From Squalus acanthias (Eukaryota), in contig CM059443.1 in the NCBI GenBank assembly GCA_030390025.1, positions 59,458,001 through 59,522,000 of the forward strand: a DNA stretch of 64,000 nucleotides. The letters are read 5' to 3'. A program made the position numbers and the translations under genes. The stretch's first letter is position 1. Each line of letters starts with the position of its first letter. The notes beneath the pieces are model-generated. The model saw only the letters and a list, made by a program, of their open reading frames with translations, had not been told where the DNA came from and ran no database searches. Positions 11,680 through 23,379 of this stretch are shown here, piece by piece.

Positions 11680-11827
11680 GAGATAACAACCGCCCCCTCT
11701 CCACATAAAGAGCCAAGACTGGTGCTTGCGAGTGATTGTTCCGTACAAGTACCAGACCTCGACCAGAAAACACATCGCGAGTAGTGACAGCAGAGGTAGA
11801 ATGGCTGACTGTACCCTTCTGGTGAGT
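11680..11827 (+). promoter_or_regulatory. Candidate TATA-type promoter and short first exon (MADCTLL|GT)
   Basis: AGATAA (11681), CCGCCCC (11689), CATAAA (11704-11709), ATG at 11801 in strong context (AGAATGG), donor CTG|GTGAGT at 11821/11822. Motif evidence only. Confidence 0.3.
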
Positions 11828-11947
11828 GGGTGTGTTGTTCTTCAGTAGAGCAGCAGAATTACTTTGGACCAAAGCGGCAAGATTCACACGACAAGGAAGC
11901 TTGAGAGAAGTGCTTCCATATCTTTTTCATTTAGATCACTCATTCCT

Positions 11948-12192
11948 AGGATTCATGGCCCATGCGATCTCCTGGACTGGTTTCGATCACCTGAGGGGGG
12001 GGTCGGAGAGGAATTTTCCAGGTTATTTTTTTTTTGTCCTTTATTGGCCCTGGTGTTTTTTGGCCTCTCCCTGGAGATTACATGGCTGCGGGAAATGGAT
12101 GATGGTAGGAAGTGTCTGGTCATGATGCTCCGGCCATCATGAGTGTGGGGTGGGCTTGATGGACCAGTTGGTCTTTTCCTGCCCCTCATTTC
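11948..12192 (+). mobile_element. CR1-type 3' UTR/tail fragment
   Basis: GATCTCCTGGACTGGTTTCGA...GGTCGGAGAGGAATT...TGGTCTTTTCCTG; an inverted relative lies at 40440-40680. Confidence 0.6.
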
Positions 12193-12194
12193 CT

Positions 12195-12776
12195 TTGTTA
12201 CCTCTAGACTTGACTATTCCAACGCACTCCTGGCTGCCCTCCCACATTCCACCCTATTTGAGGTCATTCAAAACTCGGCTGCCCCGTGTCCTAACTCGCA
12301 CCAAGTCCCGTTCGCCCATCACCCCCAGTGCTCGCTGACCTACATTGGCTCCCGGTTAAGCAACGCCTCGATTTCAAAATTCTCATCCTTGTTTTCAAAT
12401 TCCTCCATGGCCTCGCCCCTTCCTATCTCTGTAATCTCCTCCAGCCCCACAACCCCCCGAGATATCTGCGTTCCTCTAATTCTGCCCTCTTGAGCATCCC
12501 TGATTATAATCGCTCAACCATTGGCGGCCGTGCCTTCTGTTGCCTGGGCCCCAAGCTCTGGAATTCCCTCCCTAAACCTCTCTGCCTCGCTACCTCTCTT
12601 TCCTCCTTTAAGACGCTCCTTAAAACCTACCTCTTTGACCAAGCTTTTGGTCATCTTCCCTAATTTATCCTTATATGGATCGGTGTCAAATACTTTGTCT
12701 TATAATACTCCTGTGCAGCGCCTTGGGACATTTTACTACGTTAAAAGCGCTATATAAATACAAGTTGTTGTTGTTG
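12195..12776 (+). mobile_element. L2-clade LINE 3' fragment, followed by a SINE tail (12777-12890)
   Basis: [49 protein letters not shown]; (TTG)n tail. Confidence 0.92.
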
Positions 12777-13956
12777 TATTCCTACATTACAACAGTGACT
12801 ACACTTCAAAAGTACTTCATTGGCTGTAAAGCGCTTTGGGACGTCCGGTGGTCGTGAAAGGCGCTATAGAAATGCAAGTCTTTCTTTTATTCTGTGCTCA
12901 ACAGCAGAGAGAAGTGCCATCGCCACTAGAACAATGACTCTGCCCCTCGCCTTGCTGTCGTTCATGGGCCTCAATGGTGTCACAGCGATTGTCAACGACA
13001 GCCCAGTCAACCAGTCAGATAAGTGAGGGATAAAGCATTCCACTGCTGTTATAGGGAGAACTTTTTTTGGTCTATTTTAAAACTTGTGAGACTGAGCGCA
13101 TGATCGATTTTATTTTTTGAGCTCAGCAAGTCTTGTTCAACAATCAATCACACACTTGATCCTCCTCGTTAGGAGCAAGACTGATCTTCCTGCAGCGCCC
13201 AAGTAATACTGCGTGTTGCAATTCTTATTCTGTCTTCTTTCGCACTGTACTGTACATGACTGCTTGTAGCCTACACCAACGCCACCACCCCGCCCCCCCC
13301 TCCCTTTCCCCCCAGACTCTTCTGTAGTTTCCCTGTAGATCAGCCCTATGACACACATGGATGTGCCGGGATACGTGCGAGAGGTGAGGCACTACAGGCT
13401 GGCTCAGATCTCTGAGCGTCGAGAACATTAATCCTGGGTGAAATAAGAAGCTTTGCTCATCGGTTCTGCTTCCACAACCGTAGCAGTTGAAGGCACAGAG
13501 TAAGCCGTGGCACCAGCAGGACATGTTTTATTAAACAGCCCCTGATAACGATCTGCCATTGATGAGTTGCCTGAGCACATCGCCTCGCTGCGTCTGCCTT
13601 GCCTTGCTCTGGCTCTGTAGAATTCAGCAGCGCCGCTTGTCACACCATGTGGTCCGACAATTTGGATACATTTTGACTTGAGAGATTGGACCTCGTCCAA
13701 ACATTTGGATTATCCACATCTGAAATGCAGAACAAAGTACCGCGAGCAAGCAGAGCCGCATATTTGGCCAAACTAGTTTTAATCCTTCTCGCCTCTCAGG
13801 ATAGTATGTATTAAAGCGTCTGTTGTTCAGAAGCTTTATGTTGATGGTTCTTTGAGCTTGTTCTCCAAGGTTTGATTGCGCCAACGTAAGGAAAACTTGC
13901 AACGAGGAAGGCCACATAATTGGCCCGTCAAGCCCCCTTCACTACCTGAATTGTAG

Positions 13957-14378
13957 ACATAGAAACATAGAAGATAGGAGCAGGAGTAGGCCATTCGGCC
14001 CCTCGAGCCTGTTCCGCCATTCAATGCGATCATGGCTGATCATCCAAATTCAGTACCCTGTCCCTGCTTTCTCCCTGTATCCCTTGGTCCCTTTAGCCTT
14101 AAGAAATATATCGAACTCCTTCTTGAATATATTTAATGAATTGGCCTCAACTGCCTTCTGTGGTAGAGAATTCCACAGGTTCACCACTCTCTGGGTGAAG
14201 AAATTCCTCCTCATCTCAGTCCTAAATGGCTTACCCCTTATCCTTAGACTGTGACCCCTGGTTCTGGACTCCCCGACCATCGGGAACATCCATCCTGCAT
14301 CTAGCCTGTCTCGTCCTGTTAGAATTTTATAAGTTTCAATGAGATCCCCTCTCATTCTTCTAAACTCTAGCGAATATA
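13957..14378 (-). mobile_element. CR1 family A 3' fragment
   Basis: RRMRGDLIETYKI...FFTQRVVNLWNSLP; (CTATGTTT)-type tail repeats. Confidence 0.92.
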
Positions 14379-14790
14379 AGCGAATATAGACATCCCCTAT
14401 CCCTACATCATCCAAGATCGCTATGCTCTCTTCTTGATCACCATATGAATAAACAAATCTATTAATATCTCTGTGTCCCTCAATTCATTTAATGAAAAGA
14501 AAGGCTGGCTTTTTTTATCCGTTCAGCTTGTGGTAGTTCTGTGGTCGCACCAGTGTGTCTGGATGAACATGTGTGTGCCCACTGAGAACTGTTTCTAAAC
14601 CATTGTTGCCAACACAGGGTGCCTAATATTGGTTTAGAAAATTCACGAGCGTATGAAATGCTTATTCTAGGATAGGCCCTGCGGGCAGTCCTGCTGCTGG
14701 TCAGAAGCCATAGTCCCACATGCAGGTACTGTAAACATTATCTCCCTGTCAGGCTCGCCGTTGCACTGGGGCAGCTTGTACCGTGGAACT

Positions 14791-15478
14791 GGGCAAGAAG
14801 ATTGGCATTTGCCATTCGCTGACCCTGTCCGTATTCGAAACGGTGGCCGAGCACTTGGTTGATGCCGCGACCGACATGGCAGTCGGCCTGCGCACGCACC
14901 TTCCGCGCCGGAAGTGCGCCGTCCGCCATATTGGTAAAGGCAGAAAAAGAGGCGTCCAGGGCCCGTGCCTGAAACAGGCGTTAGGCCCTTTGCATGTATG
15001 AGTAAGGGGCCTAATGCCTGTCTGAGACCCCTTTTCCAAACTGTTCTGCCTTAAACGCAGCAGGTGCCAGGCCGGGCAAGCTGAGTTCAGGAAACTGTGG
15101 TCTGACTACGGCCTAACCCAGCAGTCCTTAGAGAGGCCACTGGCGGCTGCCACCAAAATGGTAAGTTTGTTTGAAAAAAAAATACTTACCTGAATGGGCA
15201 GCCGGGCGGAGAAAGCTTCATTGCAGTGCCAAAGGCCATTGCTGGTTCCCGCTTGGCCCACTTCCCAAATGCCCCCCCACCCCTCCCCCACTATCGCTTT
15301 CCCTCCCACCCTCCAAATCGCCTCCTAGGACCTACCAGAGGACCGCTGTCAACATCCGCAACTCGCCAGCCTCATTTCAATGAGGGAGGCCCATGGCCCA
15401 ATATTGGGTGTGCCTTGGGCCTATCCCGTTCTGGAGCCCATCACTCACCGGCAGGCCGGCACAAGGTAATTTCTAGGC
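14791..15478. mobile_element. Harbinger-type non-autonomous element
   Basis: Termini GGGCAAGAAGATT / AATTTCTAGGC; GC/CpG-rich interior; TSD not preserved. Confidence 0.55.
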
Positions 15479-15625
15479 TCGTGTCCCGAACTGACACCGA
15501 TGTTTGCTGAGGGGTACTGCTCCCTTGTTAGCGTGACATAAATCCTTACACCAAATTCCATTGAATTCTTCGGGCCACTGTTTCCGTGAGCCGAATAGAA
15601 TTGGCCCGATTTATAATCCTACCCC

Positions 15626-16027
15626 TAAAGAAAGAAACTCTTGCATTTATATAGCGCCTTGCACGACCTCAGGACGTCCCAAAGCGCTTTACAGCCAATG
15701 AAGTACTTTTGCGATGTAGTCACTGTTGTAATGTAGGAAATGCGGCAGCCAGTTTTACGCACAGCACGATCCTGTGAACAGCAATGTGATAATGACCAGA
15801 TAATCTGTTTTGTTGATTGAGGGATAAATATTGGCCTGGACACCGGGGAGAACTCCCCCTGCCCTTCTTTGAAAATAGTGGCCATGGGATCTTTGACGTC
15901 CACCTGAGAGAGCAGATGGGACCTCGGTTTAACGTCTCATCCAAAAGACAGCATCTCCGACAGTGTAGCACTGCACTGAAGTGTCGGCCTAGGTTTTGTA
16001 CCCAGAGATGTTGTCTCTGGAGTGGGA
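15626..16027 (-). mobile_element. SacSINE1-like SINE
   Basis: Tail and Deu core; head partly lost. Confidence 0.85.
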
Positions 16028-16495
16028 AAGTACGAGTAATGAAAATTGACTGAAACATTTCAGTTTTACTGGTCTCATCACGGTCAACTTTTTTCTTTTT
16101 GTGGCAGTAGCAGCCTAGTCCTTTACCCTGATTTCCATTGATATTGCCCCGCTGATACTCAGCCCCTTGCCCATGGCTACTTGGGAAGCTTGAAATGCTA
16201 ATTAAAAAACGCGCCAAAAAACACAGTGACTAGATAGTCAGGAAACATACCAGGCAACAAAAACTGGAAATAAAACTACTGTGCTCTAGGCACTACTAAA
16301 ATACAACTATATATATCGCTGCACTGATCTTACCATCCCGAAGGCAAATATGAAATATTTGTGTGCGCGTTTATTTTACTCAAAGGGTTTCTGTACTTTA
16401 CAATGGCCAGTTGAATGAAAGACATGCACAATCTTCTTGTATGTGGTGAATGAATGTAAAATAATATTTCACAAATACCAACTGTGGTCAGTTGA

Positions 16496-16975
16496 GTGTC
16501 AGCTGTGGCTCAGTGGGTAGCACTCTTGCCTTTTGATGTCAGAAAGTTGTGGGTTCAAGTCCCACTCCAGAGACTTGAGCACAAAATCTAGGCTGATGCT
16601 CCCAGTGCAGTGCTGAGGGAGTGCTGCACTATCGGAGGTGCCGTCTTTCGGATGAGATGTTAAACCGAGGCCCCTGTCTGCTCTCTCAGGTGGACGTAAA
16701 AGATCCCATGGCACTATTTCGAAGAAGAGCAGGGGAGTTCTCCCTGGTGTCCTGGGGCCAATATTTATTCCTCAACCAACATAACAAAAACAGATGATCT
16801 GGTCATTATCACATTGCTGTTTGTGGGAGCTTGCTGTGCGCAAATTGGCTGCTGCGTTTCCCACATTACAACAGTGACCACACTTCAAAAAAGTACTTCA
16901 TTGGGTGTAAAGCGCTTTGAGACGTCCGGTGGTCGTGAAAGGCGCTATAGAAATGCAAGTCTTTCTTTTTTTTCT
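16496..16975 (+). mobile_element. SacSINE1-like SINE (full length)
   Basis: TGGCTCAGTGGG A box, GGTTCAAGTCC B box, Deu core, GAAAGGCGCTATAGAAATGCAAG tail. Confidence 0.92.
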
Positions 16976-17139
16976 TTAACACAGCAAAAAGTTCGAGGCA
17001 TATGAGCAATTTAAAGACAAAGGAGACGGACTGGATAGTACCTTCTCCGTTCTAATCTGGAGTTTAGGCTTGAACCGGGCCTCCCTCAATAGGTTGAAAG
17101 TTTTCAAATGCCAGCTGCAAGCGCCCTGAGTGCCCCAAG

Positions 17140-17400
17140 CAAGAGCTTCTCTTTACATGTCAGCCTTGTCCGAGAGTGGCCATTGACCACAGGAGGGGTC
17201 ACAGTTAATCCTGCCTTGACCCAATATCCACACACGGGCACTTCCCCAGCTGGGTTTCAATCAGGATTGGCAACTTGGCTAACCTGGGGCAGGGGGTTGG
17301 GCACGGAGTGGGCACTCTCAGTTCATCTGTAGCACCTACCTGCGGCCGGGGTAATTCAGCACAGGCCGAGGATCAAGACCGGGCCTGGTAGCCCATTAGT
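17140..17400 (-). mobile_element. Ancient SINE relic (AmnSINE2-like by recall)
   Basis: Minus strand carries CTGTGCTGAATTA and AATGGCCAC motifs shared with 33290-34080. Confidence 0.4.
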
Positions 17401-17814
17401 GCGTTGGACATAATTTTATGTTTTGGTGACAGCCCGTGTCTGAAGAGAGGAGACAGGGATATGGGGAGAGAGTGAGACAATGCGATTAGTTTTGAACTGC
17501 CCTGGCAAAGAGCTGGCACAGACACGATGGGAGCTGAATAGCCTCCCTCTGTGCTGTAAACTTTGATGGTTCAATAAATATGGGTGTGTTCGGCAATCCC
17601 ACACTTCTAGCAGGGAGCTACGCTTGGAGATAGGGCAACAATATGGCGGGACCAGTTCTTAGCTGTGCTGCTCTTCAGCGCAACTCTCAACTGGGAGCAC
17701 AGCCTGGGCATGCTGACCCTATAGTCGACTCCTTTACTAATGGGCTAGAATGGACAGAATAAGGTGCATATTATAATTCAAAGTTCTTTATGGAGCCTGG
17801 AAGAGGGTGAATAT

Positions 17815-18320
17815 TACATAGGATATACGGCACAGAAACAGGCCATTCGGCCCAACCAGTCCATGCCGGCCTTTATGCTCCACTCGAGCCTCCTCCCGTC
17901 TTTCCTCATCTAACCCTATCAGCGTAACCCTCTATTCCCTTCTCCCGCATATGCTTGTCTAGCCTCCCCTTAAATGCATCTATACTATTCGCCTCAACCA
18001 CTCCCTGTGGTAGCGAGTTCCACATTCTCACCACTCTCTTGGAAAAGAAGTTTCTTCTGAATTCTCCATTGGATTTCTTGGTGACTATCTTATATTATGC
18101 TCTTCCCCACAAGTGGAAACATTCTCTGTGTTTACTCTATCAAAACCTTTCATCATTTTAAAAACCTCTATTAGGTCACCCCTCAGCCTTCTCTTTTCAA
18201 GAGAAAAGAGACCCAACCTGTTCATCCTTTCCAGATAGGTGTACCCTCGCATTTCTGGTATCATCCTTGTAAACCTTCTCTGCACCTTCTCCAGTGCCTC
18301 TATATCCTTTTTATAACATG
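17815..18320 (-). mobile_element. CR1 family C 3' fragment
   Basis: KDIEALEKVQRRFTRMIP, LFSLEKRRLRGDLIEVFK. Confidence 0.9.
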
Positions 18321-19184
18321 ACATATTATACAGTATTTAATATCTGTGTGTTTTTAGTTAACACAGCGAGGAAGCAATGCTCTTTTAACGACTGTTTGAT
18401 CTCACTACTGATCTGAAATAAGTTCCACTCAGCTCCATCTCTGCTTGTATATTCTTTAGCGAAGTGCCACAATTTATTTTGCAAACATGCAAACACGTGA
18501 TATATATATATATATCTAAAACTTCTAAGGCTTGCCCCATCCCTCAAATCTTGTATTTTAACAGACCGAGTTTGCAATAAGTTTGAAGGATTGAAGTGCA
18601 GATGAAAGCTTTTCGAAAAGGTTTAAAGCGGATGAGAAGTTTCTGAATGTTACCTGAAAGTTCTCAAAGTAAAATGACCACTGGCTCTTGTGATGGTGTA
18701 CGGGTAGAAAATCCGACCAGTTTAACTTTAAAATGCATCGGATCAAAGGATTTGGGTGTTTGGAATAAAAGGTACTGTATATTTTATAATGGACCACCGT
18801 AGAGCACACAGAGAACTGAGAATTTTACCAAGTCTTCATCCACTGGGGCTTCCTTGGGGAATGAAGGAAAATACTTTGATTCCTGCTTCCTCCCCTGAGG
18901 AAGCCTAAAAGGCAGAGGCTTTGGAAATGCTTTATGGTATTTCATTATAAATATATGATTTATTTATGAATATTACAAGGACTGTGATGAAAAGTTTCGT
19001 CTGCGTGACACAGAGCGAGGATAGAGGAAAAGACAAGGAGAGATGAAAGGCCAAATGCTTGTGTCGGAACCGTAATGCGTTCTTCAGAATGCCATCTAAC
19101 AGTTTTTGGAAGCCCTTTCAATTTTACTGCAAATCCTAAAGTCTTTGGGCAGGAGTCTTCAAATACCCTAGGTTTTATTTGTGT

Positions 19185-20050
19185 TAATCCGAGGCCCCCG
19201 TCTGCCCTCTCAGCTGGACGTAAAGGATCCCGTGGCACCATTTCGAAGAAAAGCAGGGACGTTCTCCCACCATGCCCTGGCTACTCTTCTTCTTCTTCTT
19301 AGGCAGTCCCTCGGAGCCGAGGATGACTTGTTTCCACATTAAAAATGAGTTCTCAGGTGACTGATGAGTCCAATGCGGGACCTACAGTCTCTGTCACAGG
19401 TGGGGCAGACGGTGGTTGAAGGGGGCGGGTGGGTGGGGTGCTTGGGTTGACGTGCGCTCCTTCCGCTGTTCGCGCTTGGCTTCCGCTTGCTCCCGGCGAA
19501 GAGACTCGAGGTGTTCGGCGCCTTCCCGGATGCTTCTCCTCCACTTTGTGCGGTCTTGGGCCAGGGATTCCCAGGTGTCGGTGGGGATGTTGCACTTTTT
19601 TCAAGGAGGCTTTGAGGGTGTCCTTGAAGTGTTTCCTCTGCCCACCTGGGGCTCTCTTGCCGTGTCGGAGCTCCGAGTAGAGCGCTTGTTTTGGGAGTCT
19701 CGTATCGGGCATGCGGACGATGTGGCCCGTCCATCGGAGCTGATCGAGCGTGGTCAAAGCTTCGATGCTGGGGATGTTGGCCTGAGCGAGAACACTGACG
19801 TTGGTGCGTCTATCCTGCCAATGGATTTGCAGGATCTTGCGGAGGCAAGATTATTTATCTCTCAACCAGCATCACTAAAAGTAAGATTATCTGGTCATTG
19901 TCACGTTGCTGTTTCTGGGACCTTGCTGTGCGCAAATTGGTTTCCTATATTGCAAGAGTGACTACACTTCAAAAAGTACTTAATTGGTTGTAAAACACTT
20001 TGGAGTGTCTTGAGGTCGAAAAAGCGCTATACAAATACAAGTTCTTTCTC
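19185..20050 (+). mobile_element. SacSINE1-like SINE split by an RTE insertion (19285-19848)
   Basis: Deu core at 19185-19282 resumes at about 19850. Confidence 0.75.
19285..19848 (-). mobile_element. RTE-clade (BovB-like) LINE 3' fragment
   Basis: QLRWTGHIVRMPDTRLPKQALYSEL..GKRAPGGQRK; C-terminal CPTCDRDCRSRIGLISHLRTH zinc finger; (GAA)n tail. Confidence 0.92.
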
Positions 20051-20120
20051 TTTTTCTTTCTCTCTTTCTTTCCCTCTTTCTCTCCCTCTTTCTCTCTTTC
20101 TCTCTCTCTTTCTTTCTTTT
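20043..20120. repeat. (CT/CTTT)n low-complexity tract
   Basis: Direct inspection; extension of the SINE tail. Confidence 0.85.
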
Positions 20121-20129
20121 AACCCTCAA

Positions 20130-20662
20130 CTAGATTGATTCCTGGGATGAGAGGTTTTCCCTATGAGGAGAGATTGAGTAGAATGGGTCTATATTGTCTG
20201 GAGTTTAGAAGAATGAGAGGTGATCTCATTGAAGTATCTAACCTTCTCGAGGGCAATTAGGGATGGGCAATAAATGCTGGCCTTGCCAGCGACGCCCACA
20301 TCCCATAAAAATGAATTTAATTTTTTTTTTGAGAGGGCTTGACAGGGTAGATGCTGAGAGGCTGTTTTCCCTGGCTGAAGAGTCTAGAACTAGGGGGCAT
20401 AGTCTCAGGATTTAGGACTGAGATGAGGAGAAATTTCTTCACTCAAAGGGTTGTGAATCTTTGGAATTCTCTACCCCAGAGGGCTGTGGATGCTGAGTCG
20501 TTGAGTATATTCAAGGCTGAGATCAGTGGATTTTTGGACTCTTAGGGGAGGATTGGGTGGGAAAGAAGAGTTGAGATCGAAGGATGGCAATGATCTTATT
20601 GAATGGCGGAGCAGGCTCAAGGGCCGTATGACCTACTCCTGCTCCTAAGTCTCATGTTCTTT
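20130..20662 (+). mobile_element. CR1 family A 3' fragment with a nested family B tail (about 20241-20330)
   Basis: FRRMRGDLIE...RTEMRRNFFTQRVVNLWNSLP. Confidence 0.88.
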
Positions 20663-21382
20663 CTTTTTGACTTTTCCATTGATGGGTCACTTTTAAGGGC
20701 AAAGCCATTAATTTTTAACCATAGTTTCTAAAGGTGCATAAAGCTGGTATCTGCAAGCGTGGATGTGTGTTCTTAATTGAGAAACCTTGGCGAAGGGTTG
20801 CTGTCCATTGTGTAGGACAAAACCAAGATTGAGAAGAATGGGAGAGATGAGGTAAATCAGGAAGTAATTGTCATTGTAATTTTTTTTAGGTTGCAGGAGA
20901 AAGGAAAGACTGAGGGAGGCAAATGAATTCGAGGTTGAAAGAATGGGTTAGCTTAGAAGACGGTCTTGATTTTCAGTGTGGTGAGAATGCAGGGTGGAGG
21001 AAAATCGTGTAAGCAGCTTCGGGGCAACAAGTTCAGAGGAGTGACCACGGTGGAATCAATGAAACCAGAGAGACAAGTAAAGATTGTGATTGAGAGAGAG
21101 AGGTTTGAGGCTAGAAGTGAGAATGGATTATCTATCATAGGAATGTAGGAACTGCTCGACGGAAAAAAGACCAAGGTCCATCGAGTTTGCCTCCTACTAT
21201 GCTGGTAATCGCTTGATACAATGATAATGGAGTTGTTGACTAATCATGGCAATCAATCTCTATCAGATGACAAAGCACTTTTTATTCACCAGACTTGATG
21301 TGGCATTCAAAACACAAATGCTATTAATGAGATGCAAGAGGAAAAATAGCGACCAAAGGTGATGAAATGTTGACAGCACGAT

Positions 21383-21964
21383 AGAAAGACTTGCATTTAT
21401 ATAGCGCCTTTCACGGCCACCAGACATCCTAAAGAGCTTTGCAGCCAACGAAGTACTTTTTGAAGTGGAGTCACTGTTGTAATGTAGGGAACGCAGCAGC
21501 CAATTTTGACTGAGCAAGCTCCCGTGCACAGCAAGCTCCCGCGCACAGCAATCTCCCGTGCACAGCAAGCTCCCGCACACAGCAAGCTCCCGCGCACAGC
21601 AATCTCCCACGCACAGCAAGCTCCCACACACAGCAAGCTCCCGCACACAGCAATGTGCCAATGACCAGGTAATCTGTTTTAGGTTTTAACTGAGGGATAA
21701 ATATTGGCCAGGACACCAGGGATAACTCCCCTGCTCTTCTTCGAAATAGCGCCATGGGATTTTTTACGTCCACCTGAGAGAGCAGACGGGGCCTCGGTTT
21801 AACGTCTCATCTGAAAGACGGCACCTCCGACAGTGCAGCACTCCCTCAGCACTACACTGAATTGTCAGCCTAGATTTTTGTGTTCAAGTCTTTGGAGTGG
21901 GACTCGAACCCACAACCTTCTGACTGAGAGGTGAGGGTGCTACCCACCGAACCATGGCGGACAC
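21383..21964 (-). mobile_element. SacSINE1-like SINE with an internal minisatellite expansion
   Basis: Full head, core and tail around the 17-bp array. Confidence 0.9.
21513..21648. repeat. 17-bp minisatellite, 8 units
   Basis: AGCAA(G/T)CTCCC(G/A)(C/T)(G/A)CAC starting at 21513, 21530, 21547, 21564, 21581, 21598, 21615 and 21632. Confidence 0.95.
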
Positions 21965-22209
21965 TATAAACTACAATACTCTTTTGGCATTTTTAAATGC
22001 TTTTGATTTCCCCAGTGGTTTCAATGCAGAGGAAGTGTAAATATAATTCACATATGTATCAAAATGAACAAACGTATTCAAACATACTGTGGTTTATCCT
22101 CCTTTGTGTATTTCACTGCTTTTCTCTGCATTTTATAAACCTGTGCCACTTTCTCTCCAGCTCAGTGCTGCAAATCTTCGGTTCAGAATTTGCACGTGTT
22201 TAATCCACA

Positions 22210-22495
22210 CTGGAACGGATTTTGTTAGTGCACGCAGACTTTGCCCGCAAGCGCAGGATAGAACAGTTTGACAACCTGTGGCAGTAACTGTTCACATCCC
22301 CGATCGTCGGATTTGCAAATCGCAACAGCGGCCGCGATCGGGGGGGTTCGATGGACCTGCAGAAGCACACGGGGAGAACTGCGCCACGCAAATAGCTGCG
22401 GAGAACGGTACCAGCCCTTGTGTAGGCGAGTAAACATGTGCGGGCGCAAGGAGAGTCTGCCCACTGCACGCGCCAAGGGAGAAAATCAAGCTCAC
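22210..22495. mobile_element. Degenerate CpG-rich MITE-like foldback
   Basis: Inverted matches GATTTT/AAAATC, GCAGACT/AGTCTGC and GCCCGCA/TGCGGGC; central CCCCGATCG...CGATCGGGG palindrome. Confidence 0.45.
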
Positions 22496-23096
22496 AGCCA
22501 TTTCTGCACGAGAATCTTGCCAGTTCTTACTGAGTGGGCTCGGATATGACAGCAGTTGTTGAACAAAGCTTGCCAAACTCAAAGCTCCAAGCTTGTACCT
22601 CCTCCCATGAGTGAGGAGCTGCCAGGTTCTTCAAGGGAAACAGCTGTAATAGTTTAGCCCTTCGAAATTTCAACGTTCTGCTCCCTTCTACTCAAATAGG
22701 CTCCATACGTCCCTTCGATGCCCCCCCCCCCCCATTTAGCATCGTGGAAAGGAAAGACAAAGTGCTGTTTGTAAAAATGCTACCTTTCGAATGTTTTACA
22801 TCAAATTGCCTCAGCGTTGCTTTATATTTTATCCGCATGTACAGCCCATTATGAATAGCCTTAGCAACACTCAGCCATGAACAGCATAGCAACAGGATGG
22901 ATCCTGCTGTCCTTCATAGCAATTCACTCTAGAATTTGAATTTGAATCACTTCCACTGTGTGAGGCACTGCTGTTTTGTTTACCTCTGGCAGAAACAGAA
23001 CTCGCGTCTGGGAACAGCAGGATTCTCAGCTTTTCCACCTTGTCACGAAGAGGTTGCAACTCCTATCTGTCGGGTCTTCCTCACTTGTAAGATAAC

Positions 23097-23325
23097 CATA
23101 GAATCATAGAGTGATATGGCACAGAAGGAGGGCATCCCACCCATTATGCCTGTGCCGGCTCTTTGGTAGAGCTATCCAATTAGTCCCACTCCCCTGCTCG
23201 TTCTCCATAGCCCTGTAAAGTTTTCCACCTTCAAGTATTTACCCAATTCCCTTTTGAAAGTTACTATTGATTCTGCTTCCACCGCCCTTCCAGACAGCGC
23301 GTTCCAGGTCACAACAACTCGCTGT
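23097..23325 (-). mobile_element. CR1 3' tail fragment
   Basis: CATAGAATCATAGA tail repeats; inverted relative to the adjacent copy. Confidence 0.8.
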
Positions 23326-23379
23326 GTTAGGTTTACTCTTTATTCAGTTTAAGACACCTTCAGCTTAAACAGGGCACAA

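Noticed and set aside
13428-13917. Walker A-like IVGPHGVTSG in overlapping minus ORFs
   Set aside because: Lacks GK(S/T); no supporting NTPase motifs or clear exon boundaries.
16496-16570. tRNA gene
   Set aside because: The A and B boxes belong to a SINE head that continues into the Deu core; the same applies to all such copies.
18326-19180. Chain of short minus-strand ORFs
   Set aside because: Different frames, includes an (AT)n microsatellite, no recognisable family.
21513-21648. CRISPR-like array
   Set aside because: Head-to-tail units with no unique spacers, derived from the host SINE, in a vertebrate context.
22110-22892. Long nearly open minus frame suggesting an endogenous viral gene
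   Set aside because: Several frames are open together over the GC-rich part, which is explained by a MITE-like foldback. The frame crosses a poly-C run, and no convincing protein motif is present.
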